DNA of 64,000 bases, taken from positions 1-64,000 of the forward strand of contig NIVC01001233.1 in assembly GCA_002269645.1 (NCBI GenBank). Direction: 5' to 3'. How positions within the stretch are numbered: the first letter of the stretch is position 1; each line of letters starts with the position of its first letter. The stretch comes from Macrostomum lignano. Lineage: Eukaryota. Made by a program: the position numbers and the translations under genes. Below are positions 1 to 14,337 of the stretch, piece by piece. The notes below the pieces were generated by a model, which was not told the origin of the DNA, ran no database searches, and saw nothing but the letters and a program-made list of their open reading frames with translations.

Positions 1-237
1 AGTGTTTGCTTTGGCTAGTCAAGTTTAGCTTTGTGAATAAGCTATCAGAAACCGAGTCAGCTAAATATACCAGCCATTTCAATTCCGACTATTGGCGAAA
101 GTGACTTCAGTTTTGGCCAGCCCATAGACAGAACATTAAGCATCCGGCAATGTCTATGGCCAACTGTGGCGGAATCAGTGAAATTGCGTGCATTCGACTT
201 AGGAAAAAGTGACTTCAACTTTAACAATAAAAAACAT

Positions 238-450
238 TATGAAAATTTGGCCTAAAAGGTTGTCGTGCGATTCACAGCTGTCATGAGGGCCACCGCCAAG
301 ACACAGAGAGTGTACATGCCTGACGATTAGAAAGTCAGGGCCGCTGGGGCCTGTGTGCAGTATTGGTGCGCTTGCATGTGCTCAGGTGTCAACGGAACGG
401 GCAGAATTGCCTCAGTGCTGGTTGTGGGACGCCAGGTGCCCGAAGCCCTG
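238..450 (+). mobile_element. SINE family 2 copy (5'-truncated body)
   Basis: Core atgagggcca..ccaag.cacagagagtgtacatgcctgacgattagaaag.cagggcc aligns by eye with the reverse complement of 20712-21000, 13715-14040 and 40830-41075. Confidence 0.55.
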
Positions 451-614
451 AAAATATTACTATTAATATTTAACTCTCTTCACCATGTCTAGTTGCTAAA
501 CCTAAAGGTTAAAAAGTAGTTCTTTCATCTCAATTCATTCATACTTTGAAGTACTTTGATTTTATGAGTTATGCGGCATTAAATCATAAACTTTACTCCC
601 GCGCCGAGACCAGC

Positions 615-875
615 CTGACTAAATCCGCCGCGCCCCCTTAAAAAATTCCACTCCCTGAATAAATCCACCCCTTGACTAAATCCACCCTGATAAAACCCGC
701 CCCGCCCTCTTCACTAATTCCACTCCCTGACTAAATCCGCCCCTTGACTAAATCCGCCCCCTTACTAAATCCACTCCCTGACTAAATCCGCCCCTCACAA
801 ATTAAATAACTGACTAAACCCGCCCCCTGATTGAATCCGCCCTTGACTAAATCCGCCCCTGGCTAAATCCGCCCC
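615..875. repeat. Degenerate ~17-bp minisatellite (ctgactaaatccgcccc)
   Basis: Roughly 12 or more imperfect copies are visible. Confidence 0.8.
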
Positions 876-1414
876 AAGAAATTAATTGGAAAACAATTTC
901 AATATTTAAAGAACAGATGAAAATTTGGCCAAATCAAGAGACGAGGCAAAACATGTTTGATAATCTCATTAGAAATGTGCAGACAAAATATATTAGCAAA
1001 CAAGCACCGAGGATGTCTAGCAAGTCTATTAAGAAAGTATATTACTGAGAAATGTAATGTAAAATATTATTTAATCTTATTTGATGCGTCAATGTATTGG
1101 AAAACTTTAAAATAATTAAATAATAATCGGTAGGTTATAAATAAAAATATCTGCTGATAAAATAGTTAAACATTTTCTACTGATAATGAATATTCCGCAA
1201 GCCAGTGAATACAAGAAATGAGATTCACAAATCGAATTCAATGTCAATCGAATACTGACTTAAATTATTCAATTCATAGTGGCACAAGGGATCGCTAGTT
1301 AGAGCTTGGACAGAAATATGAATTTTAATATCGCATGGGTTCGATTTTCTCATCATATTTATAACTAGTGTAAGTATTGCTCTGGGTTTCGGGCGCTTTT
1401 ATTTCTGTGTCTGT

Positions 1415-1545
1415 CTATCTACCGAGATGTCTGTCTATCTACTGAAATGTCTGTATATCTACCGAAATGTCTGTCTATCTACCAACAGATATGTCTGCTA
1501 TCTAAATGTCTGTATCTACCGATATGTCTGTCTATCTACCGACCT
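1415..1545. repeat. Degenerate ~19-bp minisatellite (atgtctgtctatctaccga)
   Basis: About 6 imperfect copies, located just downstream of the PH-FYVE gene B stop codon. Confidence 0.7.
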
Positions 1546-1605
1546 GTTTGTCGATGGCCCATCAATACTGCCCAGTGAATTATTTTGAACTTGAGCTCTG
1601 CATGT

Positions 1606-3664
<2,059 letters not shown>

Positions 3665-4514
3665 CGCTATCCGAGCTTTCAAGCTGCCGATCGGTTGAAA
3701 TAAGGAAGTCAAATATTTTCTATAATACGAGTATCATAGTCAGCGTGGCCATAAACTGCAATGCAGGAAAATGGATGAAAACGATATTTAGATTTCACTA
3801 ATATTCTTGACACTGGGACTTTTAAGCGTCAACATTTTTCTAATATTTTATGATAGTAAAAATATCCGTAAAAACACAAGTAATATAATATTACCCAGAA
3901 CTCGTGCACCTTTATTTTATTACGTTCAGAACAGTAATCACTTTTGAATTAAAAACCAATTCATTAAAATAGTTAATAGCTAACTTTTCCTCAAATTAAA
4001 ACAAAAGTGTGAGCTGTCAGCAACCAGACCGAATTATATATTGCGGACAGCTCGCAAAGGCGAACGGGCAATCCAAGGAATTACTGTCAGGTAAACATCA
4101 GAAAACCGAGAGTCTTCATAGCGGGAAAAATTACAATCTTTATTGTCAGCCATTAGTTTTTGTATGCAATATAAAAATGCCAGGCAGCCGCCATAGTGCA
4201 ATAAAAATTACAATAAATATTATTGTCGCAGTAAATCATAGCGGGACAGTCGAACATGGCTGAAAACAACCCGGATCCGACTGGCTTGGTTTCGTGTGTG
4301 CAAGGAGGCGGCAAAATCCAGCAAAAAGCACCATTTTTTGAAGCGCAGGAAACAGAAAAGCAAAGCCGCGTAAAAAATTAGGAAATAAAATATTTTTATG
4401 ACGAAGTGCCGAAAATCTTGATGAATCATATGGTATAGGATTGAAGACAGCTGGGGAGACACTCAAATACAGGGAAGATGAAAAGATAAGTCCATAGACT
4501 GACACTGTGACAAA

Positions 4515-4555
4515 CAGACACTAAGACAGGCAGACAAACAGACAGACAGATGCTC

Positions 4556-4644
<89 letters not shown>

Positions 4645-4726
4645 GGCAGACAGACAGACAGATGCTCAGACAGACAGACAGACAGACAGACACTAAGACA
4701 GACAGACACTAAGACAGACAGACAGG

Positions 4727-4780
<54 letters not shown>

Positions 4781-4832
4781 CTAAGACAGACAGACACTAA
4801 GACAGTCAGACAGGTAAGACAGACAGACACTA

Positions 4833-4897
<65 letters not shown>

Positions 4898-4990
4898 GAC
4901 GGACAGATGCTAAGACAGGCAGGCAGACAGACAGACAGACAGGCAGGCAGACAGACAGACAGACAGGCAGGCAGACAGACACAGACCTGA
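4515..4990. repeat. Compound (GACA)n/(CA)n microsatellite
   Basis: Visible directly in the sequence. Confidence 0.95.
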
Positions 4991-5474
4991 CAACCAAATA
5001 GGAGCTTCCTTCACTTTTCCCATTCGTCTCGGGAGCAGTAACAAAGCAGGCAGTACATGCATACAACTATTAATCCGATCAAATGGAAGTACTTCGTATT
5101 CAATAGTGCTAGTGAGTTGTGCCTGCAGCAATCACTTCAAGCAGTACATGTATTTGGCATCCAGATAGAGATAGTTAAGCATGCAAATAAAAAGATTTTT
5201 TGACCGCAATATTAAAATCACAGAGACAGTTAAAAACATTTTGTAAAACACGTCCAATAGAGCTTTTTCATTGTTTAGCTTTTTACTGAGGAATCGTTTT
5301 AATACTAGTGGAGAATGTCCTTGCTTACTTACTGCATTTGGGCATTAACACAGGTTGAAAAATATCCATTACGAGCTAAATTTAATCAATATGTAGAGTT
5401 GCATATGGGGCACATAGGGCTTGGGTTTTAGGTAGCATTAAGTTCCATGGGTTTTAGCTAACTTGATTTTCATG

Positions 5475-5900
5475 TGGCTTGGGTTCCAGGTGGCTTGGGT
5501 TCCAGGTGGCTTGGGTTCCAGGTGGCTTGGGTTCCACGTGGCTTCCGTTCCAGGTGGCTTCCGTTCCAGGTGGCTTCGGTTCCAGGTGGCTTCGGTTCCA
5601 GGTGGCTTCGGTTCCAGGTGGCTTCGGTTCCAGATGGCTTGGGTTCCAGGTGGCTTGGGTTCCAGGTGGCTTGGGTTCCAGGTGGCTTGGGTTCCAGGTG
5701 GCTTGGGTTCCACGTGGCTTCCGATCCAGGTGGCTTCGGTTCCAGGTGGCTTCGGTTCCAGGTGGCTTGGGTTCCAGGTGGCTTGGGTTCCAGGTGGCTT
5801 CGGTTCCAGGTGGCTTCGGTTCCACGTGGTTTGGATTTCAGGTGGCTTGGATTCCACGTGGCTTGGGTTCCACGTGGCTTGGGTTCCAGATTGCTTGGGT
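5475..5900. repeat. 16-bp minisatellite (gggttccaggtggctt)
   Basis: About 26 copies with ttcgg/ttggg variants; it is the source of the EPKPPGT ORFs. Confidence 0.93.
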
Positions 5901-5986
5901 TCCACTGACATGGGTTATGATACAAATAGCTTGGGTTTCATGTGGCTTGGGTTTTGTGTGGCTTGAGTTCCAGTTTAGACAAAATC

Positions 5987-6376
5987 AGATACTAGAATAA
6001 CTAGATAGGCCACTCAGCACATTTGCGTGCAAACTACTTTCAGTTCAGTAGCAAGTTAAACAGAAGCATCTTAATGTCTTTTTAAAGCCAAGGCTCATTT
6101 ATTGGCTCTTACCCCCACTTAAACCTCCAAACGCGCCTTTCCACACTACGCCCTGCCATGTACATTTCAGTGGACTGGCTAATGTACATTATTGCTGAAC
6201 CAATTAGCAAGCTGTTTACGCCTGCAAGCTTGGGCTTCTAAACTTATTGAAGTCGTTTCAGCTGGCTTTATTTTTATAAAATAGCTTATGTATTCTTCTT
6301 TGCTACTGAACTGAAAGTAGAAAGCGGTTTTACCAAGTCTATGCCTGAGTGGCCCATTTAGGTTATTTTAGTATCT
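5987..6376. mobile_element. MITE-like element with long imperfect terminal inverted repeats
   Basis: The left end agatactagaataactagataggccactcag...ctactttcagttcagtagcaa mirrors the right end ttgctactgaactgaaagtag...ctgagtggcccatttaggttattttagtatct. A second partial copy lies at 35542-35733. Confidence 0.72.
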
Positions 6377-6429
6377 GTGATTCAGACAAAACCCATCAAG
6401 CACACAGAAAAGCCACAACAAGATATCAA

Positions 6430-7723
6430 TCACTCGCTTTGGTCAGCATTGGCCGAGCTGGAGGCACCGGCAGTCGAGTGGCTGCTCAACTTGTTGTAGC
6501 AGGTCAGGCACACCCGCTGCGGAGTGGCGCTGATGCTGGGAAACAGCCAGGTACGATTTGAGCAGGGCGCGCAGACAACGGCGCCGCAGCGCCGGCAATG
6601 ATGGCGCCGATTAACAACGCCAAACTGGGCAGTCTTGCAGTGCATGCACACCGAGGCGGCGCTGTCCGGCACCCAGATTGGCGAAGTCTCGGCGGCCGGC
6701 GAAATGCCGGCTGACAGGCCGAGCCGCCTGCGGCAGTCCTCGGAGCAGAGTCGGATGCGCTGGGCCCACTGCTCGGCCTCGGCGGCCGTGTTGCACACCA
6801 CCCGGAAGCTCTTCTGCGGCGAGTGCAGGTCGAGAGCGCGGGGCTGGCCGGGCACAGGCTGCACGCTGAGGCTGATCAGCTCCAGCACCCGCTGCTTGGT
6901 GTAGGAGCCGCGGAACTGCGGCATCCCGTAGATGAGGATGTCATTAAACAGAAAGAACTGTCGGAGCTGTTCGCTTTTTCTGCACACCTTGGACAGCGTG
7001 CCCTCGCCTAGCAGCAGCCGGCCGGGCTTCTGCAGCGGGGCGCCGGCCGAGCCGAAAGCGTCCTCGACTCGCTTGATCAGCGCCTGGTTCTGCGGCTCGG
7101 CGGCTGCAAAATTGGAGGTCGAAATTTGTTATTTACTTTTAGATTGATTGTACCTGCCTCAATGGCCAGATGTGCAACCGATAGCTCAGCCGCAGCTATT
7201 GCGCGGCGCATCTGAAGGCTGCGTACAGCTTTTCAGTCTAAGGACTGGGGGAGGGGGGGGGGCGCCACACGCACCCTCAATTACCCCAGCCAATGCTGGC
7301 ACCCATTTTACAGTTGGGTGAGCTGAAGCAATGCAGAGTTAAAGTGTCTTGCTCAAGGACACAAATTGTTCCGAGTGGGTCGAGAATCGAACCCCCGACC
7401 TTCAAGTTGTGAGTCCAATGCTCTAACCACTAGGCTACAACTTACTCTTAGATTGAGGATATATTAGAGAGAGAAACATAAGTATGGGTATAAAAAAACA
7501 ATTGAATAACTTCAAACATTATGAGAAGGGCTTATCTACCCAAGAAATAAATGCCAAAAGGCCTACTTTAGCTAAGGGTCATCTTACAAGATGGAATCTG
7601 GTTCTGCTAGTGCACTTTTGTAGGTACTATATAGAGTATATTGAAAATGAGCTGCAATGGCTAGCATAGTTTTCCAATTTTTTAGCAAATAAAAAACTTA
7701 CCAAGTGCTTCAAGCTTCTCCAT
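6430..7723 (-). CDS. PLEKHF2: PH + FYVE domain protein (Phafin/PLEKHF-like), paralogue A; exons 7723-7702 and 7103-6430; ~231 aa
   Basis: ATG GAG AAG CTT GAA GCA CTT G|gtaagt joins in phase 1 to ttttgcag|CC GCC GAG, giving MEKLEALAAEPQNQALIKRVEDAFG..GRLLLGEGTLSKVCRK..QFFLFNDILIYG..WVPD..CMHC..RRHHCRRC..RVCLTCY. Confidence 0.9.
7135..7445 (-). mobile_element. tRNA-headed CORE-like SINE (family 1) in the intron of PH-FYVE gene A
   Basis: A box tagcctagtggttagagc, B box ggttcgattc, then tgtgtccttgagcaagacactttaactc...ctgtaaaatggg, which resembles the MIR/CORE domain. It aligns along its full length with 56455-56745. Confidence 0.8.
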
Positions 7724-9220
7724 TGTTGCTCAACTATTAGATTAAGGAAACTGAAATGAATGAATATTATAATAAATATTAATAGTTTAAGACTATACTA
7801 AAATATGGTACTACAATCTTGCTACAACAATATTCATATTCGATTGTATAAATCACATTGAATATGAATAGTCAATTGCATAGTATTGTAATATAATATG
7901 TATATATAATTTATATTTTTATACTACTTTTATAGAAGGATCTATATTTTATAAATCTAAATATTATATTATATTATATTATAAATAGTCTATTTAAACT
8001 TTTTTACCATTTAACTAATATCATATACTATTGTTATGAATCATACTTTATAAAGTCTATTATATAGGGCCTAGTAATGGCACAGCAATTTATATTTTTT
8101 GTATACTTTCCTTAAAATTTAAATATATAATATCTTAATTAGGAACAACAATATAAATGAATACATTGAGTTGATATGACAAAAATCATAAATTTTCAAA
8201 TAACAAATTTGTAACATGCAAAAATTGATGTCTTATTATTTTATATTATTGTACAATTGATAATAATTAATAATATCTAAAAAAGTAAAAATGTTACAAT
8301 ATAAAAAAATTAATTCACACCTAAAATCTTGTTTTTTATATTCTAATAGCAATATTCTATAAGAACTATTTAGAAATATTATTAGTAATAAACTGCAGAG
8401 TAATACAAAATTAAATAAAATTAACTCATCATTGTAATTGCATCACCAATGAAACAGCAATCGAATACAATTGAATTGCTAATTGAATTGGAAATCTAAG
8501 GCATTGATAATAGAAGACTTAATGTCAAAAATGTTTTGTTGTGGCACAATAATAGCTAGTTAGGCATCATTTCATAGGAATCTTATTACCACAAATAAAG
8601 TAAAATACAAAACAATTTTTAAAAGATATTAGCATCCAAAATAAGACCAATATAGTCCTGTATTCCATCAAACTATTGATATTTTACTTAGACCTATATT
8701 GTTTTCACAATATTATATTTTAATATTTTTTAAATATTAAAACTAACATTGGTTTCAATCAATTTTTTGAGCTTCAGGCTGAGGTGACCAGGTTGACTGA
8801 AAGACATTCCCGTTTTAATGGGAATGTCTAATGGGAATGTCTGCAACAGCAGATATAAACTTCGTACTAAACTTCATACTTATAAACAACTGACGATACA
8901 GGAAAATGAACTTACGTTTCTTAGAAAAAGGATACACTTAAATTTGTTTTTTCAAGCATTAAAACTATGATTTACTGCAAAAGTATGGATGCGACAATCT
9001 AGGAAAAAAATTGGCAGGACAATGTACAACTAATAAATCGTGGTTATGAATGCTTTTAGCACGTATTGAATTGCATGGTGATATGAATACTATCATATAA
9101 GCTGCTAGTGCACTTTTGTAGGTACTAAATAGAGTAATAGCTATTGACGGTAGAATAGAATTACAGTAGAATAGGTTCTTGCAGAGCAACAACCGGAACG
9201 GCTGGTCCAATTGTCTATAT

Positions 9221-9364
9221 AGGGGTGAGGAAGGGGGGGGGCGATTTGGAAGAGACAGGAGAGAAGGTCGGAAAGCATGCTTCATCCTATATTAATAATA
9301 GAAAAGCATGCTTTCCGACCTTCTCTCCTGTCTCTTCCAAATCGCCCCCCCTTCCTCACCCCTT
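9221..9364. other. Near-perfect inverted repeat (arms ~60 bp, AT-rich loop ~20 nt)
   Basis: Arms 9221-9282 and 9304-9364 are reverse complements except for the G9/C7 run length. Confidence 0.9.
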
Positions 9365-10028
9365 TGAGAGGCCGACTATATTAGTACGTCAAGACCAAAT
9401 GAGCCATGCCTATAGCTAGAATCGCGAATAAAAAAAGTAGTTGCGCTGCACTGCATCGCTAAAAATTAACCGGTGATATTTAATATTTAATATTTAGCAT
9501 TTTAATTGTGAGCCATTCAGTCAAGACTTCTCATTTGATAGCAGCAGTATATAATTTGATCTTTCCCAAAGACATGGCCGAAAAAGGTAAGCCAGTTTAT
9601 CCACCGCCACCAACCACCGTGAGAACTGGCTCACTGCACTCACGTTTCACTTAGCGAATCAGTATCACACCTTAGTGAGACTACTGTATATATTTTTAGC
9701 ATGTGGATATAGGGTCGGAGAATGTATTCTACTATTACATTATCATGCAAAATCCTATATTGAAGCTTCGGCTACAGAAAAGTACATCTCTTCAATTAGC
9801 GCTGTGCACAGCAGTCATGGCGCTCTTAGCTGGTGAATTCTTACATTACATAATTAAAGTTGCTTTGAATTGATACCGGATCGTCAGCCCTGAAGTGCAT
9901 GACATGGTTTCAAATTTGATTCTTAAAAATGATTGATAAATTGATCGACTGAGTTTATTCAATCAACTGTAAGTCTCACCTACAGCTTAGCTGCTCAAAG
10001 GTTGACGTCGAGCAGGAAAACTCAGCGG

Positions 10029-10134
10029 TTTAAATAGGGGCCAACTGACCCTAAATTTGTTATAGTGGAACACGTCGATTCTGATTGGCTGAGCCAATTT
10101 GTTAAAACGCTCGTCAACTTTTCTGATTGGCTGA
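10029..10134 (-). promoter_or_regulatory. Candidate promoter of PH-FYVE gene A (CCAAT boxes + TATA-like element)
   Basis: TCAGCCAATCAG at 10081-10092 and 10123-10134, TATTTAAA at 10029-10036, then a donor tag|GTGAGA at 9979. This implies a short non-coding first exon; the assignment to gene A is inference. Confidence 0.5.
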
Positions 10135-10805
10135 GCTTGTTGCTATACCATAAATTCAAGTGCCACAGAACACAAACACAATTTAAATGGCAACTGTGGT
10201 TAAGCCGGAGTACAAAATCCCCATACACACTTAATTATATATAGATATCGCTACACTTCTAACGATTTTATTCATTATAAATTGGTTGCCATAGCAATTT
10301 GTGTTAGCATGACTTCAATATATAGATATAATGAGCGCAAGTGTGGTAAAGATGGTTACAGTCTGGGATAATATCTGTAATAATTTTACCCAAACAATAC
10401 GTAATAAATAATAATGTCAAATATGAATTGGCCAGCTAATCTGAGCTCTTCAAGTTTGTTAAATTTAACAGAATTTCATTCGCATTTTTGAGTGCACAAA
10501 AAATTCACCAACAAGCGCCATTTTTAGGTCACTAAAAGGTTTGAGGGGGGCTCTGGGATGTTTGACATTTAATAACTAATGATCCAGAAAGGCGTTACAG
10601 ATGAAAACAAAGAAACTGCGCCATTCTATTATAAACACAAAAATTAATTTATATATATAATACGATTTCTCATAGGATACGGGTTGAAGCAATGCGACAA
10701 AGATGATGCTGCTTGCTAATGTTGTGCATTATACTTCCACTTGACCGGTTCATTATTCATCCAAACAGTCCTGTAAGAAAGGAATTACAGACAACAGACA
10801 GTGAG

Positions 10806-12756
10806 TTAGGCGGTTGGATCAGCGTAATCGCCTTCGCTCTTATCTCTGCCCTCACTCGCAGCCTCCCCCTCCGCCTCCTCCTCGGACTCTCCCGCAGCCT
10901 CCGCGCCGGCCTCATCGCCTTCCAGAAGCTTTTTAGACGAAGCGTCGGGCACCCACATGCCGCTATCGACGCAGCGTTTCATATGATAGCGCGCCTCATC
11001 TATGGGCATCTCGGCTAGGGTCTTCTGCAGCAGAGCAATGTCTTTGGACTCGAAGCAGGCCTTAAGCGAGTCGGGCAGGCTGTCGAACACTTCAACCGGG
11101 TCCAGGCCGCCGGGGCCCAGCCGGGCCTGGCGCTGTTCCTCCTCATATTCGCGCATGGCGTCTTCTAGGCGAGCTTTGGCCCGATCCTGGACCCGCTGTC
11201 TGCAAGGGAATTGAGTAGATGGGAAGAGCAGTTAGTGCTAATTAGCTAGGAGTATTTGGATTGAAATTTAAATTTGTGAGCGCGCAACACAGGTACTGTA
11301 AGCAGGCACGCAATCACACATGTTGAACAACGGGCCTGACTATCTTATCGACAGACATCCCTCTGCGAGCAGCTGTAAAGAGCTGGAAGAATGATGACCT
11401 GAGCCTCTTAAGGATCAGCGAGGGTGGCCGCCATCAACCTGAGGATCTGGTAGGTGTGCAGCATGCTGCCATCAACCTGAGGATCTGGTAGGTGTGCAGC
11501 ATGCTGCCATCAACCTGAGGATCTGGTACGTGTGCAGCATGCTGCCATCAACCTGAGGATCTGGTAGGTGCGCTGCCATCAACCTGAGGATCTGGGAGGT
11601 GTGCTGCCATCAACCTGAGGATCTGGGAGGTGTGCAGCATGCTGCCATCAACCTGAGGATCTGTGAGGTGCGCTGCCATCAACCTGAGGATCTGGGAGGT
11701 GTGCTGCCATCAACCTGAGGATCTGGGAGGTGTGCTGCCATCAACCTGAGGATCTGGGAGGTGTGCTGCCATGAACCTGAGGATCTGGGAGGTGTGCTGC
11801 CATCAACCTGAGGATCTGGTAGGTGTGCTGCCATGAACCTGAGGATCTGGGAGGTGTGCTGCCATGAACCTGAGGATCTGTGAGGCTGGTCATCCTGAGA
11901 ATCTGGCATAATGAGGGCAATAAAATTAGGTTTAACCAGTTCCTGTCCTGCTAATAAATCTGCAACAATAGGAAAAATTGACAATGTCTCACCTGAACGC
12001 GGCCAGCTCCTCTTCAAACGCCCGCATGTACTCGGGCTGGGGATCGCGCAGGCGGGCGTAGAACTGGCGCAGACAGTTGCGCGGATCGGTGCCCAGCTCG
12101 GCGCCGAGTTTCAGCAGGAACTGAAGGCAGATGCACTGCTTGGTAACGTATTCAAGCAGGCTGGCTTTCTCTTCAACTGCCAGATCGACGCACCACAGCA
12201 CCAATCGGTCGCAGGCGGCTTCGCAAACCAGATGCGGATGCTCCTCAAGAAATTGCTGGGCGTCATCAAATTTAGAGAACATGCCAAACTTTTTAATCTC
12301 TTTGTCGTATTTTTGTTTAAATTCTTCGAGATTTTTCCAAGTCTCCTCATCGGTGCGAGGCTTCGGCGGCTGGGCGGCCGCCTTATTAATAATTGTCCTG
12401 GTCTTGCCCTCCTTGCAGATGGTGTCGATGTTCAGCGGCTGAGACTTCTCCTTCTTGGCCAGCTCCTGGCGATGGGCCTCCAGCTTGCTCAGCCGGTCCT
12501 TGAGCTGGGCCAGCCTACTGGCAGCCGCTGAGTCTCCAGCATCTGCCTGACGCTGGGCCTCATCAATCTGGTTGGTGACCTGCTTCCATTCGGCTTCGAA
12601 GTCCGACTTCTCCTTGGCCAGCTCCTCCATGCGCTTGACTCGGGCCTCGTGGCGCCAGCGGAACAGCGAGGGCGTGTCAATATTCGGGTGAGTGTCGTCC
12701 TCGTCATCGGAGACCTCGATGTGGTCCCACTTGCTGTAGTTGATACCCTTTGACAT
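10806..12756 (-). CDS. CDC37: Hsp90 co-chaperone Cdc37; exons 12756-11993 and 11199-10806; ~385 aa
   Basis: Diagnostic N-terminus INYSKWDHIEVSDDEDDTHPNIDTPSLFRWRH with the CK2-site Ser, and C-terminal RLGPGGLDPVEVFDSLP..RYHMKRCVDSGMWVP. The phase-2 GT-AG intron (AG|gtgaga..ttgcag|A) keeps the frame. Confidence 0.97.
11428..11885. repeat. 31-38-bp minisatellite (gctgccatcaacctgaggatctgggaggtgt) in the CDC37 intron
   Basis: About 14 copies in two length variants. Confidence 0.92.
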
Positions 12757-12887
12757 TTATGCAAGCTGCAAGACCAAGTGAGTTATTGGAAATGGCAAAA
12801 ATTAAGGCAATGACAGCAAGCAACGAGGCAAACAGTCATGCACAAGGTCAATATTGGACCACAACCTCGTCAACCCAGGAATCAAAT

Positions 12888-13228
12888 GGCCTGTCAACTT
12901 GAGCTCATAAAGTGGAGTCTGAGTAACCTATCTATACAAATGATTTGTGATTTTTGCTCACAATGACACTAATAGCTAGGTTTTGCAAAAAGTGACAAAA
13001 ATTGGACTTGGGATAAATGAGAACAAGCAAGGGGGATAATTGTAGAGACTCTACTATATGAGCTCAAGTTAACATAATAGTACCTAATTATCCCCTTGCT
13101 TGTTCTCCCAAGTCTAATTCTTGTTGCTTTTTTGCCAAACTATTTTCTGGTGTCATTTGAACAGAATAACAATCATTTGTGTATATAGGTTACTTGAGCT
13201 CCACTATAAGAGCTTGAGTTGACATGCC
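12888..13228. mobile_element. Foldback/MITE-like element ~130 bp upstream of the CDC37 ATG
   Basis: 12888-13041 is an imperfect reverse complement of 13086-13228 (e.g. gaacaagcaagggggataatt / aattatccccttgcttgttc; gagtaacctat..acaaatgatt / aatcatttgt..ataggttact). Confidence 0.75.
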
Positions 13229-13714
13229 TTTTAACTTAAGCACTTGGGCTCTAAGAACTAACTCTAAGACAAGTTTATTGCAATTGTTATGGCTAAATAT
13301 TGGCCACTCAATATTAGACTTAAATATTATTGAAATCCTTGATTTCAGGCAAAAGAGGAGAGAGATAAAACAATAGAAATGAATAAATGTTGCTAGTTTT
13401 TTATAATTTGTGAGCCTAGACGAAGTTTTAACTCTCTAAGGTTGGGACTCAAGCAATATATTTTTTATATTTTTTATATATCAAGCAATCACATTTTGTG
13501 ATTGGAATGGTAGCTAGGAGCTAAAGTTAAGAAAAATGCAGTCCCAGCCATTTTTGTATAATAAATAAATAATAAATAAATGAAATACCATTATTGAATG
13601 AAAAGTTAAACTGTTGCTTGCATTCTTTACTTCACTCATTTTAATATAGGCCTAATAATAAAACAATATAGAGTAAACAATAGTATAGTAAATAATAGTT
13701 TTTTTATTAGAGGC

Positions 13715-14040
13715 AGGGGGTTGTGTGCACCCTGGCGCACTTTAAGCGACATTGTTGCACAACTGGTGAGAGGCATTACTGCCCATTCCGCCAACTCCAC
13801 TGAGCAAGCATACAAGCGCGCGGATACATATGCAGGCACACAATCACACAGGAATCCACAGTGGCCCTAACTTTATTTTATCATTAGGCATGTATACTTT
13901 ACTGTGCCTTGGGGGGTTGTCTCTCAAGGCCGTTAATTGCACGAGCAGAGCCAAGCCGAGATTCTAATTCAGCCCCAAATTAATGTGACTGCACTTGGAA
14001 TCAAGCCTAGGTTGCTGGTACACCAGAGCAGCTGCACTAC
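13715..14040 (-). mobile_element. SINE family 2 copy
   Basis: Degenerate tRNA-like head at ~13990-14050 and the shared body (tgtgccttggggggttg, aggcatgta, cacaatcacacagg). Confidence 0.55.
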
Positions 14041-14337
14041 TGCTGGGCTATGGCCCCCTAAATAAATAAAATAATAGTTACTCTATAGTAAACAATAGAG
14101 AGTGATTGCCATTTGATTTTAAATTATTAAAAGTTATAGGAAGAGTAAAACAGGAAATTATTCATTAATTAGCCATGATATAGTTAGGCTATAAAGTTAG
14201 GCTATTAGGCTTTAGACAACCAGGGTCATAGATAGATATGGATATAGACCATAATCAGGATTATGTCCACTATGCTCCAGAACATTTTTAGACAAAAATG
14301 TGTACTATGCCAATGTTACACTTATGAGTAGCCTACC

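Noticed and set aside
320-340. CUGACGA-UUA-GAAA minimal hammerhead-like motif in SINE family 2
   Set aside because: There is no room for stem II, no matching stem III/NUH site, and CUGA is not conserved in the other copies.
7104-7153. Apparent 50-nt intron with donor CAG|GTACAA upstream of PH-FYVE A exon 2
   Set aside because: The donor lies in the SINE tail and has no upstream ATG; the exon at 7702-7723 gives a better donor, the correct phase and a homologous N-terminus.
7370-7445. tRNA genes (also ~20920-21000, ~23940-23975, ~56455-56520)
   Set aside because: A/B boxes are present but no complete cloverleaf could be built; they continue into shared SINE bodies or are isolated fragments.
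11911-12531. Antisense/alternate-frame ORFs over CDC37 (and similarly over the GPCR, IER-like, Gypsy, stomatin and Helitron regions, e.g. 30128-30976, 31631-32461)
   Set aside because: They are shadows of GC-rich or repetitive coding sequence with no independent homology.
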